A stretch of 64,000 bases of DNA from the human T2T-CHM13v2.0 reference genome, Homo sapiens. The stretch lies in NCBI RefSeq assembly GCF_009914755.1, contig NC_060939.1. One strand, 5' to 3'. The position numbers were made by a program, and so were the translations under genes. The notes below the pieces were generated by a model. It did no database searches and was not told the origin of the DNA. It saw only the letters and a list, made by a program, of their open reading frames with translations. Below, in pieces: positions 39,101 to 55,351 of this stretch (the first letter of the stretch is position 1; the number at the start of each line of letters is the position of its first letter).

Positions 39101-42100
39101 CCTTTTTCCACCGTAGGCTGCAAAGGGTTCCAAATATACACTTGCAGATTATCCAAAAAGAGAGGTTCGAAAGTGCTCAATCAAAAAATAGGTTGAATTC
39201 TGTGAGTTCAATGCACACATCACAAAGAAGTTGCTCAGAATTCTATTGTGTAGTTTTTATGTGAAGATATTTAATTTTGCAAAATAGGCCTCAAAGCACA
39301 CCAAGTATCCAATTGCAGATTCTACAATAAGAGTGTTTTAAATCTGTTCAATCAAAAGAAAGGTTCAACTCTGTGAGATGAATACACACATCACAAAGAA
39401 GTTTCTCAGAATGCTTCTGTGTAGTTTTTATGTGAAGATATTTCCTTTTCCAAAATAGGCCTTAAAACCCCCGAAGTATCCACTTGCAGATTCTACAAAA
39501 AGACTCTTTCAACACTGCTCAATCAAAAGAAAGCTTCAACTCTGTGAGATGAAGGCACACATCACAAAAAAGTTTCTCAGAATGCTTCTGGGTAGTTTTT
39601 ATGTGAAGAAATTTGCTTTTCCAAAATAGGCCCCAAAGCCATCCAAATATCCACTTTCAGATTCTCCTAAAGGGATTTTCCAAACTGCTCAATCAAAAGA
39701 AAGGTTCAACACTATGAGATGAAAGCACACATCACAAAGAAGTTTCTCTGAATTCTTCTGTGTAGTTTTTATGTGAAGATATTTCCTTTTCCACCATAGG
39801 CCACAAAGGGCTCCAAATATCCACTTTCAGATTTGACAAAAAGAGAGATTCAAAACTGCTCAATCAAAAGATAGTTTCAACTCTGTGAGTTGAATGCACA
39901 CATCACAAAGAAGTTTCTCTGAATGCTTTTGCTTAATTTCTATGTGAAGATATTCCCTTTTCTACCACAGGCATCAAAGCGCTCCAAATATCCACTTGAA
40001 GATTCTACAAAAAGAGTGTTTCCAATCTGCTCATTCAAAAGAAAGGTTAAACTCTGTGAGATGAATTCACACATCACAAAGAAGTTTCTCAGAATGCATC
40101 TGTGTAGTTTTTATGTGAAGATATTTCCTTTTCTACCTTAGGCCTCAAAGTGCTCCAAATATCCACTTGCATATGCTACAAAAAGAGTGTTTCAAAACTG
40201 CTCAATCAAAACATATGTTCAGCTCTGTGAGATGAAAGTACACATCACAAAGACGTTTTTGAGAAAGCTTCTGTGTAGTTTTTATGGGAAGATAGTTCCT
40301 TTTTCACAATAGGTCACAAAGGGCTCCAAATATCCACTTGCACATTCTACAAAAAGAGTGTTTCAAAACTGCTCAATCAAAAGAAAAGTTCAACTCTGTG
40401 AGATGAACGCACACATCACAATATAGTTTCTCAGAATGCTTCTGTGTAGTTTTTATGTGAAGATATTTCCTTTTCCACAATAGACCTCAAATCTCTCCAA
40501 ATATCTACTTGCTGATTCTACAAAAAGTGTTTTTCCAAACTTCTCAATCAAAAGCAACGTTCAACTCTTTGAGATTAATGCACACATCACAAAGAAGTTT
40601 CTCAGAATGCTTCTGTGTAGTTTTTATGTGAACATATTTTCTTTTCCACCATTGGCCACAATCGGCTCCATATACCCACTTCCAGATTCTACAAAAAGAG
40701 AGTGTCAAAACTGCTCAATCAAAAGATCGGTTCAACTCTGTGAGTTGAATGCAGACATCACAAAGGAGTTTCTCAGAATGTCTCTGTAGTTTTTAGGTGA
40801 AGATCTTTCATTTTCTACAATAGGCCTAAATGTGCTCCAAATATCCACTTGCAGATTCTACAAAAGGAGTTTTTCAAAACTGCTCAAACAAAAGAAAGGT
40901 TCAACTTTGTGAGATGAATGCATACATCCCAGAGAAGTTTCTCAGAATGCTTCTGTGTAGTTTTTATGTGAATGTATCTCCTGTTTCACCATATGCCGCA
41001 AAGGGCTCCAAATAGCAACTTGCAGTTTCTACAAAAAGAGTGTTTCAAAACTTCTCAATCAAAACAAATTTCAACTCTTTGAGATGAATGCATGCCTCAC
41101 AAAGAAGTTTCTCAGAATGTTTCTGTGTAGTTTCTATCTAAAGATATTTCCTTTTCCAATATAGGCTGCAAAGGGCTCCAAATATCCAGTTGCATATTCT
41201 TCAAAAACAGTGTTTCAAAACTGCACAATCAAAAGAAAAGTTCATCTCTGTGAGATGAAAGCACACATCACAAAGAAGTTTCTCAGAATGCTTCCGTGTA
41301 GTTTTTATGTGAAGATATTCTCTTTTCCACAACAGGTTTGAAATCACTCCAAGTATCCACTTGCAGATTCTACAAAGAGAGTGTTTCAAAACTGCTCAAT
41401 CATAAGAAAGGTTCAAATCTATGAGATGAATGCACACATCACAAAGAAGATTCTCAGAATGCTTCTGTGTAGTATTTGTATCAGGATATTTCCTTTTCCT
41501 CCATAGGATGCAAAGGGTTTCAAATATCCACTTGCAGATTCTACAAAAAGAGAAATTCAAAACTGCTCAACCAAAAGATAGGTACAACTCTGTGAGTTGA
41601 ATGCACACATCACAAAGAAGTTTCTTTGAATGCTTCTTTGTAGTTTTTATGGGAAGATAAATCCTTTTCCACCGTAGGCCTAAAAGATCTCCAAATATCC
41701 ACTTGCAGATTCTACAAAGCCAATGTTTCAAATCTGATCAATCATAAGATAGGTTAAACTCTGTGAGATGAAAGCGCACATCACAAAAAAGTTTCTCAGA
41801 ATGCTTCTGTGTAGTTTTTATTTGAAGATATTCCCTTTTTCTCCATTGGCCACTAATATCTCCCAATATCCACCTGCAGATTCTACAAAAAGAGAGATTC
41901 AAAACTACTCAAGCAAAAGATAAGTTCAATTCTCTGAGTTTAATGCATACATAAAAAAGAAGTTTCTCAGAATGCTTCTGTGTAGTTTTTATTTGAAGAT
42001 ATTTCCTTTTCCACCATAGGCTGCAAAGGGCTCAAAATATCCACTTGCTGATTTTACAAAAAGAGAGATTCAAAACTGCTCAATCAAAAGGTATGTTGAA

Positions 42101-45100
42101 ATCTATGCGTTGAATGCACTCATCACAAGGAAGTTTCTCAGAATGCTTTTGTCTAGTGTTTATGTGAAGATATTTCCTTTTCCACAAAAAGCCTCAAAAC
42201 GCTCCAAATATCCACTTGCAGATTCTACAAAGAGGTTATTTCAAAACTGCTAAATCATAAGATAGGTTCAATTCTGTGAGATGAATGCACACATCACAAA
42301 GAAGTTTCTCCAAATGCTTCTGTGTAGTTTTTATGTGAAGATATTTCCTTTTCCACAATAGTCCTGAAAGCGTTCCAATTATCTACCTTTAGATTCTACA
42401 AAAAGAGTGTTTCAAAACTGCTCAATTATAAGATAGGTTCAATTCTGTGAGATGAATGCACACATCACAAAGATGTTTCTCAGAATAATTCTGTGTAGTT
42501 CTTTTCTGAAGATATTTGCTTTTCCACAGAAGGCCTCAAAGCACTCCAAATATCTAATTTCAGATTCTACAAAAACAGTGTTTCAAAACTGCTGAATCAT
42601 AAGATAGGATCAACTCTGTGAGATGAATATACACATCACAAAGAAGTTTCTCAGAATGCTTCTGTGTAGTTTTTATTTGAAGATATTTCCTTTTTCTCCA
42701 TGGGCTGCAGAGGGCTCCAAATATCCACTTGCAGCTTCTACAAAAAGAGATATTCAAATCTGCTCAATCAAAAGATAAGTTCACCTCTGTGAGTTTAATG
42801 CACACATCACAAAGTCGTTTCTCAGAGTGCTTCTTTGTAGTGTTTATGTGAAGATATTTCCTTTTCCACAATATACCTCAAAGTGCTCCAAATATCCACT
42901 TCTAAATTCTCCAAAAGAGTGTGGAAAAACTGCTCATACGAAGGAAAGTTTCAACTCTGTGAGATGAATGCACACACCACAAAGAAATTTGTCAGAATTT
43001 TTCTGTGTGGTTTTTATGTGAAAATATTTCCTTTTCCACATTAGGCCTCAAAGCGCTCCAAATATCCACTTGCAGCATCTACAAAGCCAGTGTTTCAAAT
43101 TTGCTCAATCATAAGATAGGTTCAACTCTGTGAGATGAATGCACACATCACGAAGAAGTTTCTCAGAATGCTTCTGTGTAGTTTTTATGTGAAGATGTTT
43201 CCTTTTCCAAAATAGGCCTGAAAGCCCACCAAATATCCACTTGCAGATTCTACAAAAAGAGAGATTCAAAACTGCTCAATCAAAAGATAGGTTAAACTCT
43301 GTGACTTGAATTCACACATCACAAAGAAGTTTCTCAGAATGCTTATTTGTAGTTTTTATGTGAAGATATTACCTTTTCCATAATAGGCCTCAAAGCACTC
43401 CAAATATCCACTTGTAGATTCTACAAACAGAGTGTTTCAAAGCTTCTCAATCAAAAGATAGGTTCAACTCTCTGAGTTGAATGCATACATCATAAAGAAG
43501 TATCTCAGAATAATTTTGTGTAGTTTTTATGTGAAGATATTTCCTTTTCCACAACAGTCCTGAAAGCCCTCCAAGTATCCACTTGCAGAATCTACAAAGA
43601 GAGTGTTTCAAACGTACTCAATCATAAGATATGTTCAAATCTATGAGATGAATGCACACATCACAAAGAAGTTTCTCAGAATGCTTCTGTGTAGTATTTA
43701 TTTGAAGATATTTCCTTATCCTCCATTGGCTGCAAAGGGTTTCAAATATCCACTTGCAGATTCTGCAAACAGAGAAATTCAAAACTGCTCAATCAAAAGA
43801 TAGGTTCAACTCTATGAGTTGAATGCACACATTACAAAGAAGTTTCTCAGAATGCTTCTGTGTAGTTTTTATGGGAAGATATTTCCTTTTCCACAATAGG
43901 TCTAAAAGCGCTCCAAATATCCACTTGCAGATTCTACAAAAAGAGTGTTTCAAAAGTTCTCAATCAAAAGAAACTTTCAACTCTGTGGGATGAATGCACA
44001 CATCACAGAGATGTTTCTCAGAATGCTTCTGTGTGGTTTTTACGTGAAGATATTTGCTTTTCCACAGTAGGCCCCAAAGCGCTCCAAATATCCACTTGCA
44101 CATTCTATAAAAACTGTGTTTCAAAACTGCTCAATCAAAAGAAACGTACAACTCTGTTAGATGAATACACACAACAAAAAGTAGTTTCTCAGAATAAATC
44201 TGTGTAGGTTTATGTGAAGATATTTCCTTTTACACAATAGGCCAAAAGGCACTCCAAATATACACCTGAAGATTTTGCAAAGAGACTGTTTCAAAGCTGC
44301 TCAGTCATAAGATAGGTTCATCTCTGTGAGATGAATGCACACATCACAAAGAAGTTTCTCAGAATGCTTCTGTGTAGTTTTTATTTGAAGATATTTCCTT
44401 TGCCTCCATGGACTGCAAAGGGCTCCAAATATCCACTTGCAAATCCGAGAAAAAGAGAGATCCAAAACTGCTCAATTGAAAGATAGGTTCAAGACTGTGA
44501 GTTGAATGCACACATCACAAAGAAGTTTCTCAGAATGCTTCTGTGTAGTTTTTATGTGAAGTTGTTTCCTTTTCCAAAATAGGCCTCAAAGCCCACCAAA
44601 TATCCACTTGCAGATTCTACAAAAAGAGAGATTCAAAACTGCTCAATCAAAAGATAGGTTAAACTCTGTGACTTGAATTCACACATCACAAAGAAGTTTC
44701 TCAGAATGCTTATTTGTAGTTTTTATGTGAAGATATTACCTTTTCCACAATAGGCCTCAAAGCACTCCAAATATCCACTTGCAGATTCTACAAACAGAGT
44801 GTTTCAAAACTTCTCAATCAAAAGATAGGTTCAACTCTATGAGTTGAATGCACACATCACAAATAAGTTTCTTTGAATGCTTCTGTGTAGTTTTTATGGG
44901 AAGACATTTCCTTTTCCACAGTAGGTCTAAAAGCGCTCCAAATATCCACTTGCAGATTCTACAAAAAGAGTGTTTCAAAAGTTCTCAATCAAAAGAAACT
45001 TTCATCTCTGTGGGATGAATGCACACATCACAAAGAAGTTTCTCAGAATGCTTCTGTGTAGTTTTTATTTGAAGATATTTCCTTTGCCTCCATTGGCCGC

Positions 45101-48100
45101 AAAGGGCTCCAAACATCCACTTGCAGGTTCCTGAAAAAGAGAGATCCAAAACTGCTCAATCAAAAGATAGGTTCAAGGCTGTGAGTTGAATGGACACATC
45201 ACAAAGAAGTTTCTCAGAAGGCTTCAGTGCAGTTTTTATGTGAAGGTATTTCCCTTTCCACCATAAGCCACAAACGTCTCCAAATATCCACTTGCAGATT
45301 CTACAAAAAGAGTGCTTCAAAACTGCTCAATCAAAAGAAAGTTTTATCTCTGGGAGATGAATGCATACATCATAGGGAAGTTTCTCAGAATGCTTCTGTG
45401 TAGTTTTTATGTGAAGATATTTCCTTTTCCAAAATGCCTCAAAGCCCACCAAATATCAACTTGCTGATTCTACAAAAAGAGTGTTTGAAGTCTGCTGAAT
45501 TAAAAGACAGGTTCAACTCTGTGAGATGAATGCACAAGTCACGTAGAAGTTTGTGAGAATGCTTCTGTGTAGTTTCTATTTGAAGATATTTCCTTTTCCT
45601 CCATAGACCACAAATTGCTCCAAATATCCACTTCCAGATTCTAGAAAAAGAGAGATCCAAAATTGCTCAATCAAAAGAAAGGTTCAAGACTGTGAGTTGA
45701 AGACACAAACCACAAAGAAGTTTCTCAGAATGCTTCTGTGTAGTTTTTATGTGAAGATATTTCATTTTCCACAATAGGCCTCCAAGCCCACCAAATATCC
45801 ACCTGCTGATTCTACAAAAAGAGTGTGTCAAATCTGCTCAATCAAAAGACAGGTTCAACTCTGGGAGATGAATGCACACATCACAGGGAGTTTCCCAGAA
45901 TGCTTCTGTGTAGTTTATATGTGAAGATATTTCCTTTCCCAAACTAGACCTCAAAGCGCTCCAAATATCCACTTGCAGATTCTACCAAAAGAGTGTTTCA
46001 AAACTGCTCAAAGAAAAGAATGGTTCAACTCTGTGAGATGAATGCACACATCACAAAGAAGTTTCTCACAATGCTTCTGTGTAGTTTTTATGTGAAGATA
46101 CTTCCTTTTCCAAAATAGGCCTAAAAATCCCTCCAAATATCCACTTGCAGATTCTACAAAAAGAGAGTTTCAAAACTGCTCAATCAAAAGAAAAGTTCAA
46201 ATCTATGTGATGAATGCACTCATCACAAATTAGTTTCTCAGAATGATTAGTTTCTCAGAATGTTTCAGTGTAGTTTTTATGTGAAATTATTTCGTTTTCC
46301 AAAATAGGCCTCAAAGCCCTCCAAACATCCTCTTGCAGATTCTACAAAACAGTGTTTCAAAACTCCTCAATCAAAAGAAAGTTTCAACACTGTGAGATGA
46401 ATGCACACATCACAAAGTAGTTTCTCAGAATGCCTCTGTGTGGTTTTTATGTGAAGATATTTGTTTTTCCACAGTAGGCCTCAAAGGGCTCCAAATATCC
46501 ACTTGCAGATTCTACAAAAACTGTGTTTCAAAACTGCTCAATCAAAAGAAACTGTCAACTCTGTCAAATGAATGCACACATCACAAAGAAGTTTCTCAGA
46601 ATCCTTCTGTGTAGTTTTTATGTGAAGATATTTCGTTTTCCACAATAGGACACAGAGTGCCCCAGGTATTCACTTTCAGATTCTACAAAGAGAGTGTTTC
46701 AAAACTGCTCAATCATAAGATAGTTTCAACTCTGTGGGATGAATGCACACATCACAAAGAAGTTTCTCAGAATGCTTCTGTGTAGTATTTATTTGAAGAT
46801 ATTTCCTCTTTCTCCATAGACCACAAAGGTATCCAAATATCCTCTTGCAGATTCTACAAAAAGAGAGATTCAAAACTGATCTATCAAAAGATAGGTTCAA
46901 CTCTGTGTGTTGAATGCTCACATGGCAAAGAAGTTTCTCAGAATACTTCTGTGTAGTTTTTATGTGAAGATATTTCCTTTTCCACTATAGTCCTCAAAGT
47001 GCTCAAAATATCCACTTGCAGATTCTACAGAAAGAGTGTTTCAAAATTGCTCAATCAAAAGAAATGTACAACTCTGTGAGATGAATGCACACATCACAAA
47101 GTACTTACTCAGAATGCCTCTGCATAGTTTTTATGTGAAAATATTTAGTTTTCCACAGTAGGCATCAAAGCGCTCAAAATATCCTCCTGCAGATTTTACA
47201 AAAACCGTGTTTCAAAACTGTTCTACCAAAGGAAGGTTCACATCTGTGAGATGAATGCACACATCACAAAGAAGATTCTCATAATGCTTCTGTGCAATTT
47301 TTATGTGAAGATGTTACTTTTCCACAATAGGCCTCAAAGTGCTTCAAATATCAACTTGAAGATTATACAAAGAGAGTGTTTCAAAACTGCTCAATCATAA
47401 GATAGGTTCAACTCTGTGTGGTGAATGCACACATCAAATGAAGTTACTCAGAATGCTTCTTTATAGTTTTTATGTTATCATATTTACTTGTCCACAATAG
47501 GCCTCAAAGTGCTCCAAATATCCTCTTGCAGATTTTTCAAAAACAGTGTTTCAAAAATGCTCTACCAAAAGAAAGGTTCAACACTGTGAGATGAATGCAC
47601 ACAACCAAAAGAAGATTCTCAGAATCCTTCTGTGTAGTTTTTATATGAAGATATTTCCTTTTCCATATTAGGCTGCATAAGGCTCCCAATATCCACTTGC
47701 AGATTATTGAAAAAGAGAGTTTCAAAACCGCTTAATCAAAAAATACGTTCAACTCTGTGAATAGAATGAATACATCACAAAGAAGTTTCTCAGAATGCTT
47801 GTGTGTACTTTTTATGAGAAGATATTTCCTTTTCCACCATAGGCCACAAGGGTTTCCTAATATCCACCTGCAGATTCTACAAAAAGAGAGTTTCAAAACT
47901 GGTCAACCAAAAGATACGTTCAACCCTGTGAGTTGAATGCATGCACAACAAAGAAATTTCTCACAATAGTTTTTTGTAGTTTTTATGTGACGATATTTCC
48001 TTTTCCACTGTAAGCCTCAGAGTGCTTCAAATATTAAATTGCAGATTCTACAGAGTGTTTCCAAACTGCTAAAACTAAAGAAAAGTTCAACTCTGTCAGA

Positions 48101-49158
48101 TGAATGCACACATCATGATGAAGTTTCTCAGAATGTTTCTGTGTAGTTTTTATGTGAAGATATTTCCTTTTCCACAATAGGCCTTAAAGCACTCCAAATA
48201 TCCATTGAAGATTCTACAAAAAGTGTTTCCAAACTGCTCAATCAAAACAAAGGTTCATCTCTGTGAGATGAATGCACACGTCACAAAGAGGTTTCTCAGA
48301 ATGTTTCTGTATAAAGTGAAGATATTTCCTTTTACACCATAGGCCACAAATGGCTCCAATATCCACTTGAAGGCTCTAGAAAAAGAGAGTTTCAAAACTT
48401 TTTAATCAAACGATAGGTTCAACTCTGGAAGGTGAATATACACGTCACAAAAAAGTTTCCCAGAATGCCTCTGTATTTTTCATGTGACGACATTTCCTTT
48501 ACCACCATAGGACTCAAAACCCTCCAAATATCCACCTATAGATTCTACAAAAAGAGTGTTTCCAAACTGCACAATCAAAAGAAAAGTTCAACTCTGTGAG
48601 ATGAATGCACACATCACAAAGCAGTTTCTCAGGACGCTTCTGTATAGTTTTTATTTGAGGATATTTTCTTTTATACCATAGGCCACAAAGGGCTCCAAAT
48701 ATCCACTTGCAGATTCTACAAAAATAGAGTTTCAAGACAGCTGTATCAAAATGTAGGTTCAACTCTGTGTGTTGAATACACAAATAACAAAGAAGTTTCT
48801 CAGAATGCTTCTGTGAAGTTTTTATGTGAAGATATTTCCTTTTCCACAATAGGCCACATAGCGCTCCAAATATACATTTGCAGATTCTACAGAAACAGTG
48901 TTTCAACCTGCACAATCAAAAGAAGTATTCAACTCTGTGAGATGAATGCACACATCACCAAGAAATTTCTCAGTGCGCTTCTGTTTAGTTTTTATGTGAA
49001 GATGTTTCCTTTTGCACCATAAGCCACAAAGGGCTCCATATATCCACTTCCAGATTCTACAAAAAGATATTTTCAAAACTGTTCAATCAAAAGATATGTT
49101 CAATTCTGATAGTTGAATGCACACACTGCAAAGAAGTTTCTCAGAGTACTGCTGTGTA
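30140..49158 (-). repeat. Alpha satellite, diverged monomeric A-type (~111 monomers), reverse orientation
   Basis: Reverse-complement monomers aactgctcaatcaaaagaaaggttcaactctgtgagatgaatgcacacatcacaaagaagtttctcagaatg at ~171 bp period. Confidence 0.95.
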
Positions 49159-49394
49159 TTTTTTTTAGAATTTATTTATTTTATTTTATTATTGCACTTT
49201 AAGTTTTAGGGTACATGTGCACATTGTGCAGCTTAGTTACATATGTGTACACGTGCCATGTTGGTATGCTGCACCCATTAACTTGTCATTTAGCATTAGG
49301 TATATCTCCGAATGCTATCCCTCCCCCCTCCCGCACCCCACATCTCTCCCAAGAGTGTGATGTTCCCCTTCCTGTGTCCATGTGTTCTCATTGC

Positions 49395-53208
<3,814 letters not shown>

Positions 53209-53271
53209 TATGATGTTAGCTGGTTATTTTACTCTTTAGTTGATGTAGTTTCTTACTAGCCACAATGGTCT

Positions 53272-54287
53272 TTACAATTTGGCATGATTTTGCAGTGGCT
53301 GGTACTGGTTGTTTCTTTCCATGTTTAGTGCTTCCTTCAGGAGCTCTTTTAGGGCAGGCCTGGTGGCGACAAAATCTCTCAGCATTTGCTTGTCTGTAAA
53401 GTATTTTATTTCTCCTTCACTTATGAAGCTTAGTTTGGCTGGATATGAAATTCTGGGTTGAAAATTCTTTTCTTTAAGAATGTTGAATATTGGCCCCCAC
53501 TCTCTTCTGGCTTGTAGAGTTTCTGCCAAGAGATCAGCGTTAGTCTGATGGGCTTCCCTTTGAGGGTAACCTGACCTTTCTCTCTGGCTGCCCTTAACAT
53601 TTTTTGCTTCATTTCAACTTTGGTGAATCTGACAATTACGTGTCTTGGAGTTGCTCTTCTCGAGGATTATCTTTGTGGCATTCTATGTATTTTCTGAATC
53701 TGAATGTTGGCCTGCCTTGCTAGATTGGGGAAGTTCTCCTGGATAATATCCTGCAGAGTGTTTTCCAACTTAGTTCCAATCTCCACATCACTTTCAGGTA
53801 CACCAATCAGACAAAGATATGGTCTTTTCACATAGTCCCATATTTCTTGGAGGCTTTGTTCATTTCTTTTTATTCTTTTTTCTCTAAACTTCCCTTCTCG
53901 CTTCATTTCATTCATTTCATTTTCCATCACTGATACCCTTTCTTCCAGTTGATTGCATTGTCTCCTGAGGCTTCTGCATTCTTCGCGTTGTTCTAGAGCC
54001 TTGGCTTTCAGCTCCATCAGCTCCTTTAAGCCCTTCTCTGTATTGGTTATTCTAGTTATACATTCGTCGAAATTTTTTTCAAAGTTTTTAACTTCTTTGC
54101 CTTTGGTTTGAATTTCCTCCTGTAGCTTGGAGTAGTTTGATCATCTGAAGCCTTTTTCTCTCAACCTGTCAAAGTCATTCTCTGTCCAGCTTTGTTCCAT
54201 TGCTGGTGAGGAAGTGCATTCCTTTGGAGGAGGAGAGGCACTCTGCTTTTTAGAGTTTCCAGTTTTTCTACTCTGTTTTTTCCTCAT
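53272..54287 (-). pseudogene. L1 ORF1 (RNA-binding protein), disrupted
   Basis: ATG at 54287 (MRKKQSRKTGNSKKQS...). In-frame TGA at 54143-54141, TAA at 53669-53667 and a 1 bp frameshift near 53535. The C-terminus YPAKLS...LQNHAKL* ends at 53272. Confidence 0.93.
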
Positions 54288-54411
54288 CTTTGTGGTTTTA
54301 CCTACTTTTGGTCTTTGATGATGGTGATGTACAGTTGGGTTTTTGCTGTGGATGTCCTTTCTGTTTGTTAGTTTTCCTTCTAACAGGCAGACCCTCAGCT
54401 GCAGGTCTGTT

Positions 54412-54539
54412 GGAGTTTACTAGAGGTCCACTCCAGATCCTGTTTGCCTGGGTATCAGCAGCGGTGACTGCAGAACAGTGGATTTTCATGAACCATGAAT
54501 GCTGCTGTCTGATCTTTGCTCTGGAAATTTTGTCTCAGA
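54412..54539 (-). promoter_or_regulatory. ~129 bp 5'UTR segment containing the ZNF93 repressor site (lost in later L1PA3, L1PA2 and L1HS)
   Basis: Sense TCTGAGACAAAATTTCCAGAG...GGACCTCTAGTAAACTCC sits between GGGTAGTCC and AACAGACCTGCAG, which are directly joined in L1HS. The 5'UTR is ~1035 bp here versus ~907 bp in L1HS. Confidence 0.8.
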
Positions 54540-54869
54540 GGACTACCCGGCCGTGTGAGGTGTCAGTCTGCCCCTACTGGGTTGTGCCTCTCAGTTAGGC
54601 TGCTCATAGTTCAGGGGTCAGGGACCCACTTGAGGAGGCAGTCTGCCCGTTCTCAGATCTCCAGCTGTGTTCTGGGAGAACCACTTTTCTCTTCAAAGCT
54701 GTCAGACAGGGACATTTAATTCCGCAGAGTTTACTGCTGTCTTTTTGTTTGTCTGTGCCCTGCTCTCAGATGTGGAGCCTACAGAGTCATACAGGCCTCC
54801 TAGAGCTGTGGTCGTCTACACCCAGTTCGAGTTTTCCAGCAGCTTTGTTTACCTAAGAAAGCCTGGGCA

Positions 54870-55086
54870 ATGGAGGTTGCCCCACCACCAGCCTTACTGC
54901 CACCTTGTACTTTGATCACAGACTGCTGTGCTAGCAATCAGTGAGACACTGTGGAGGTAAAACCCTCCAAGCCATGTGTGGGATATAATATCCTGGTGTG
55001 CCATTTTTTAAGCCTGTTGAAAAAGTGCAGTATTAGTGTGGGAGTCACCTGATTTTCCAGGTGCCATCTGTCGCCCCTTTATTTGA
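54870..55086 (+). pseudogene. L1 antisense ORF0 remnant, truncated after 24 codons
   Basis: ATG at 54870 reads MEVAPPPALLPPCTLITDCCASNQ* (compare ORF0 MAGAPPPASLPPCSLISDCCASNQR...). The CGA>TGA stop is at 54942-54944. Confidence 0.75.
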
Positions 55087-55301
55087 CTAGGAAAGGGAAA
55101 TCCCTGACCACTTCCACTTCCCATGTGAGGAAATGCCTCGCTCTGCTTCAGCCCATGCATGGCACCCTGCACCCAGTATCCTGTGCCCACAGTCTGGCAA
55201 TCCCTAGTGAGATGAACCTGGTATCTCAGATGGAAATGAAGAAATCACCCAGCTTCTGTGTCACTCATGATAGGAACTGTAGAACAGAGCTGTTCCCATT
55301 T

Positions 55302-55311
55302 GGCCATCTTG
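55302..55311 (-). promoter_or_regulatory. YY1 site of the L1 5' end (CAAGATGGCC), intact
   Basis: ggccatcttg on +, at the canonical position ~12-21 nt from the L1 start. Confidence 0.85.
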
Positions 55312-55333
55312 ACTGCTGCCTCATTTGCCAGTT

Positions 55334-55351
55334 TGCTTCTGTGTAGTTATT
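55334..55351 (+). repeat. Probable target-site duplication of the full-length L1 (partner at ~49147-49164)
   Basis: Right copy tgcttctgtgtagttatt versus left copy tactgctgtgtatttttt (14/18). The same alpha monomer segment occurs on both sides of the insertion. Confidence 0.7.

Larger units (their letters stand above)
54288..55322 (-). promoter_or_regulatory. L1 5'UTR internal promoter (~1035 bp), CpG-decayed
   Basis: Lies between the ORF1 ATG and the element 5' end. It is a recognisable primate L1 5'UTR with most CpGs converted to TpG/CpA. Confidence 0.85.
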
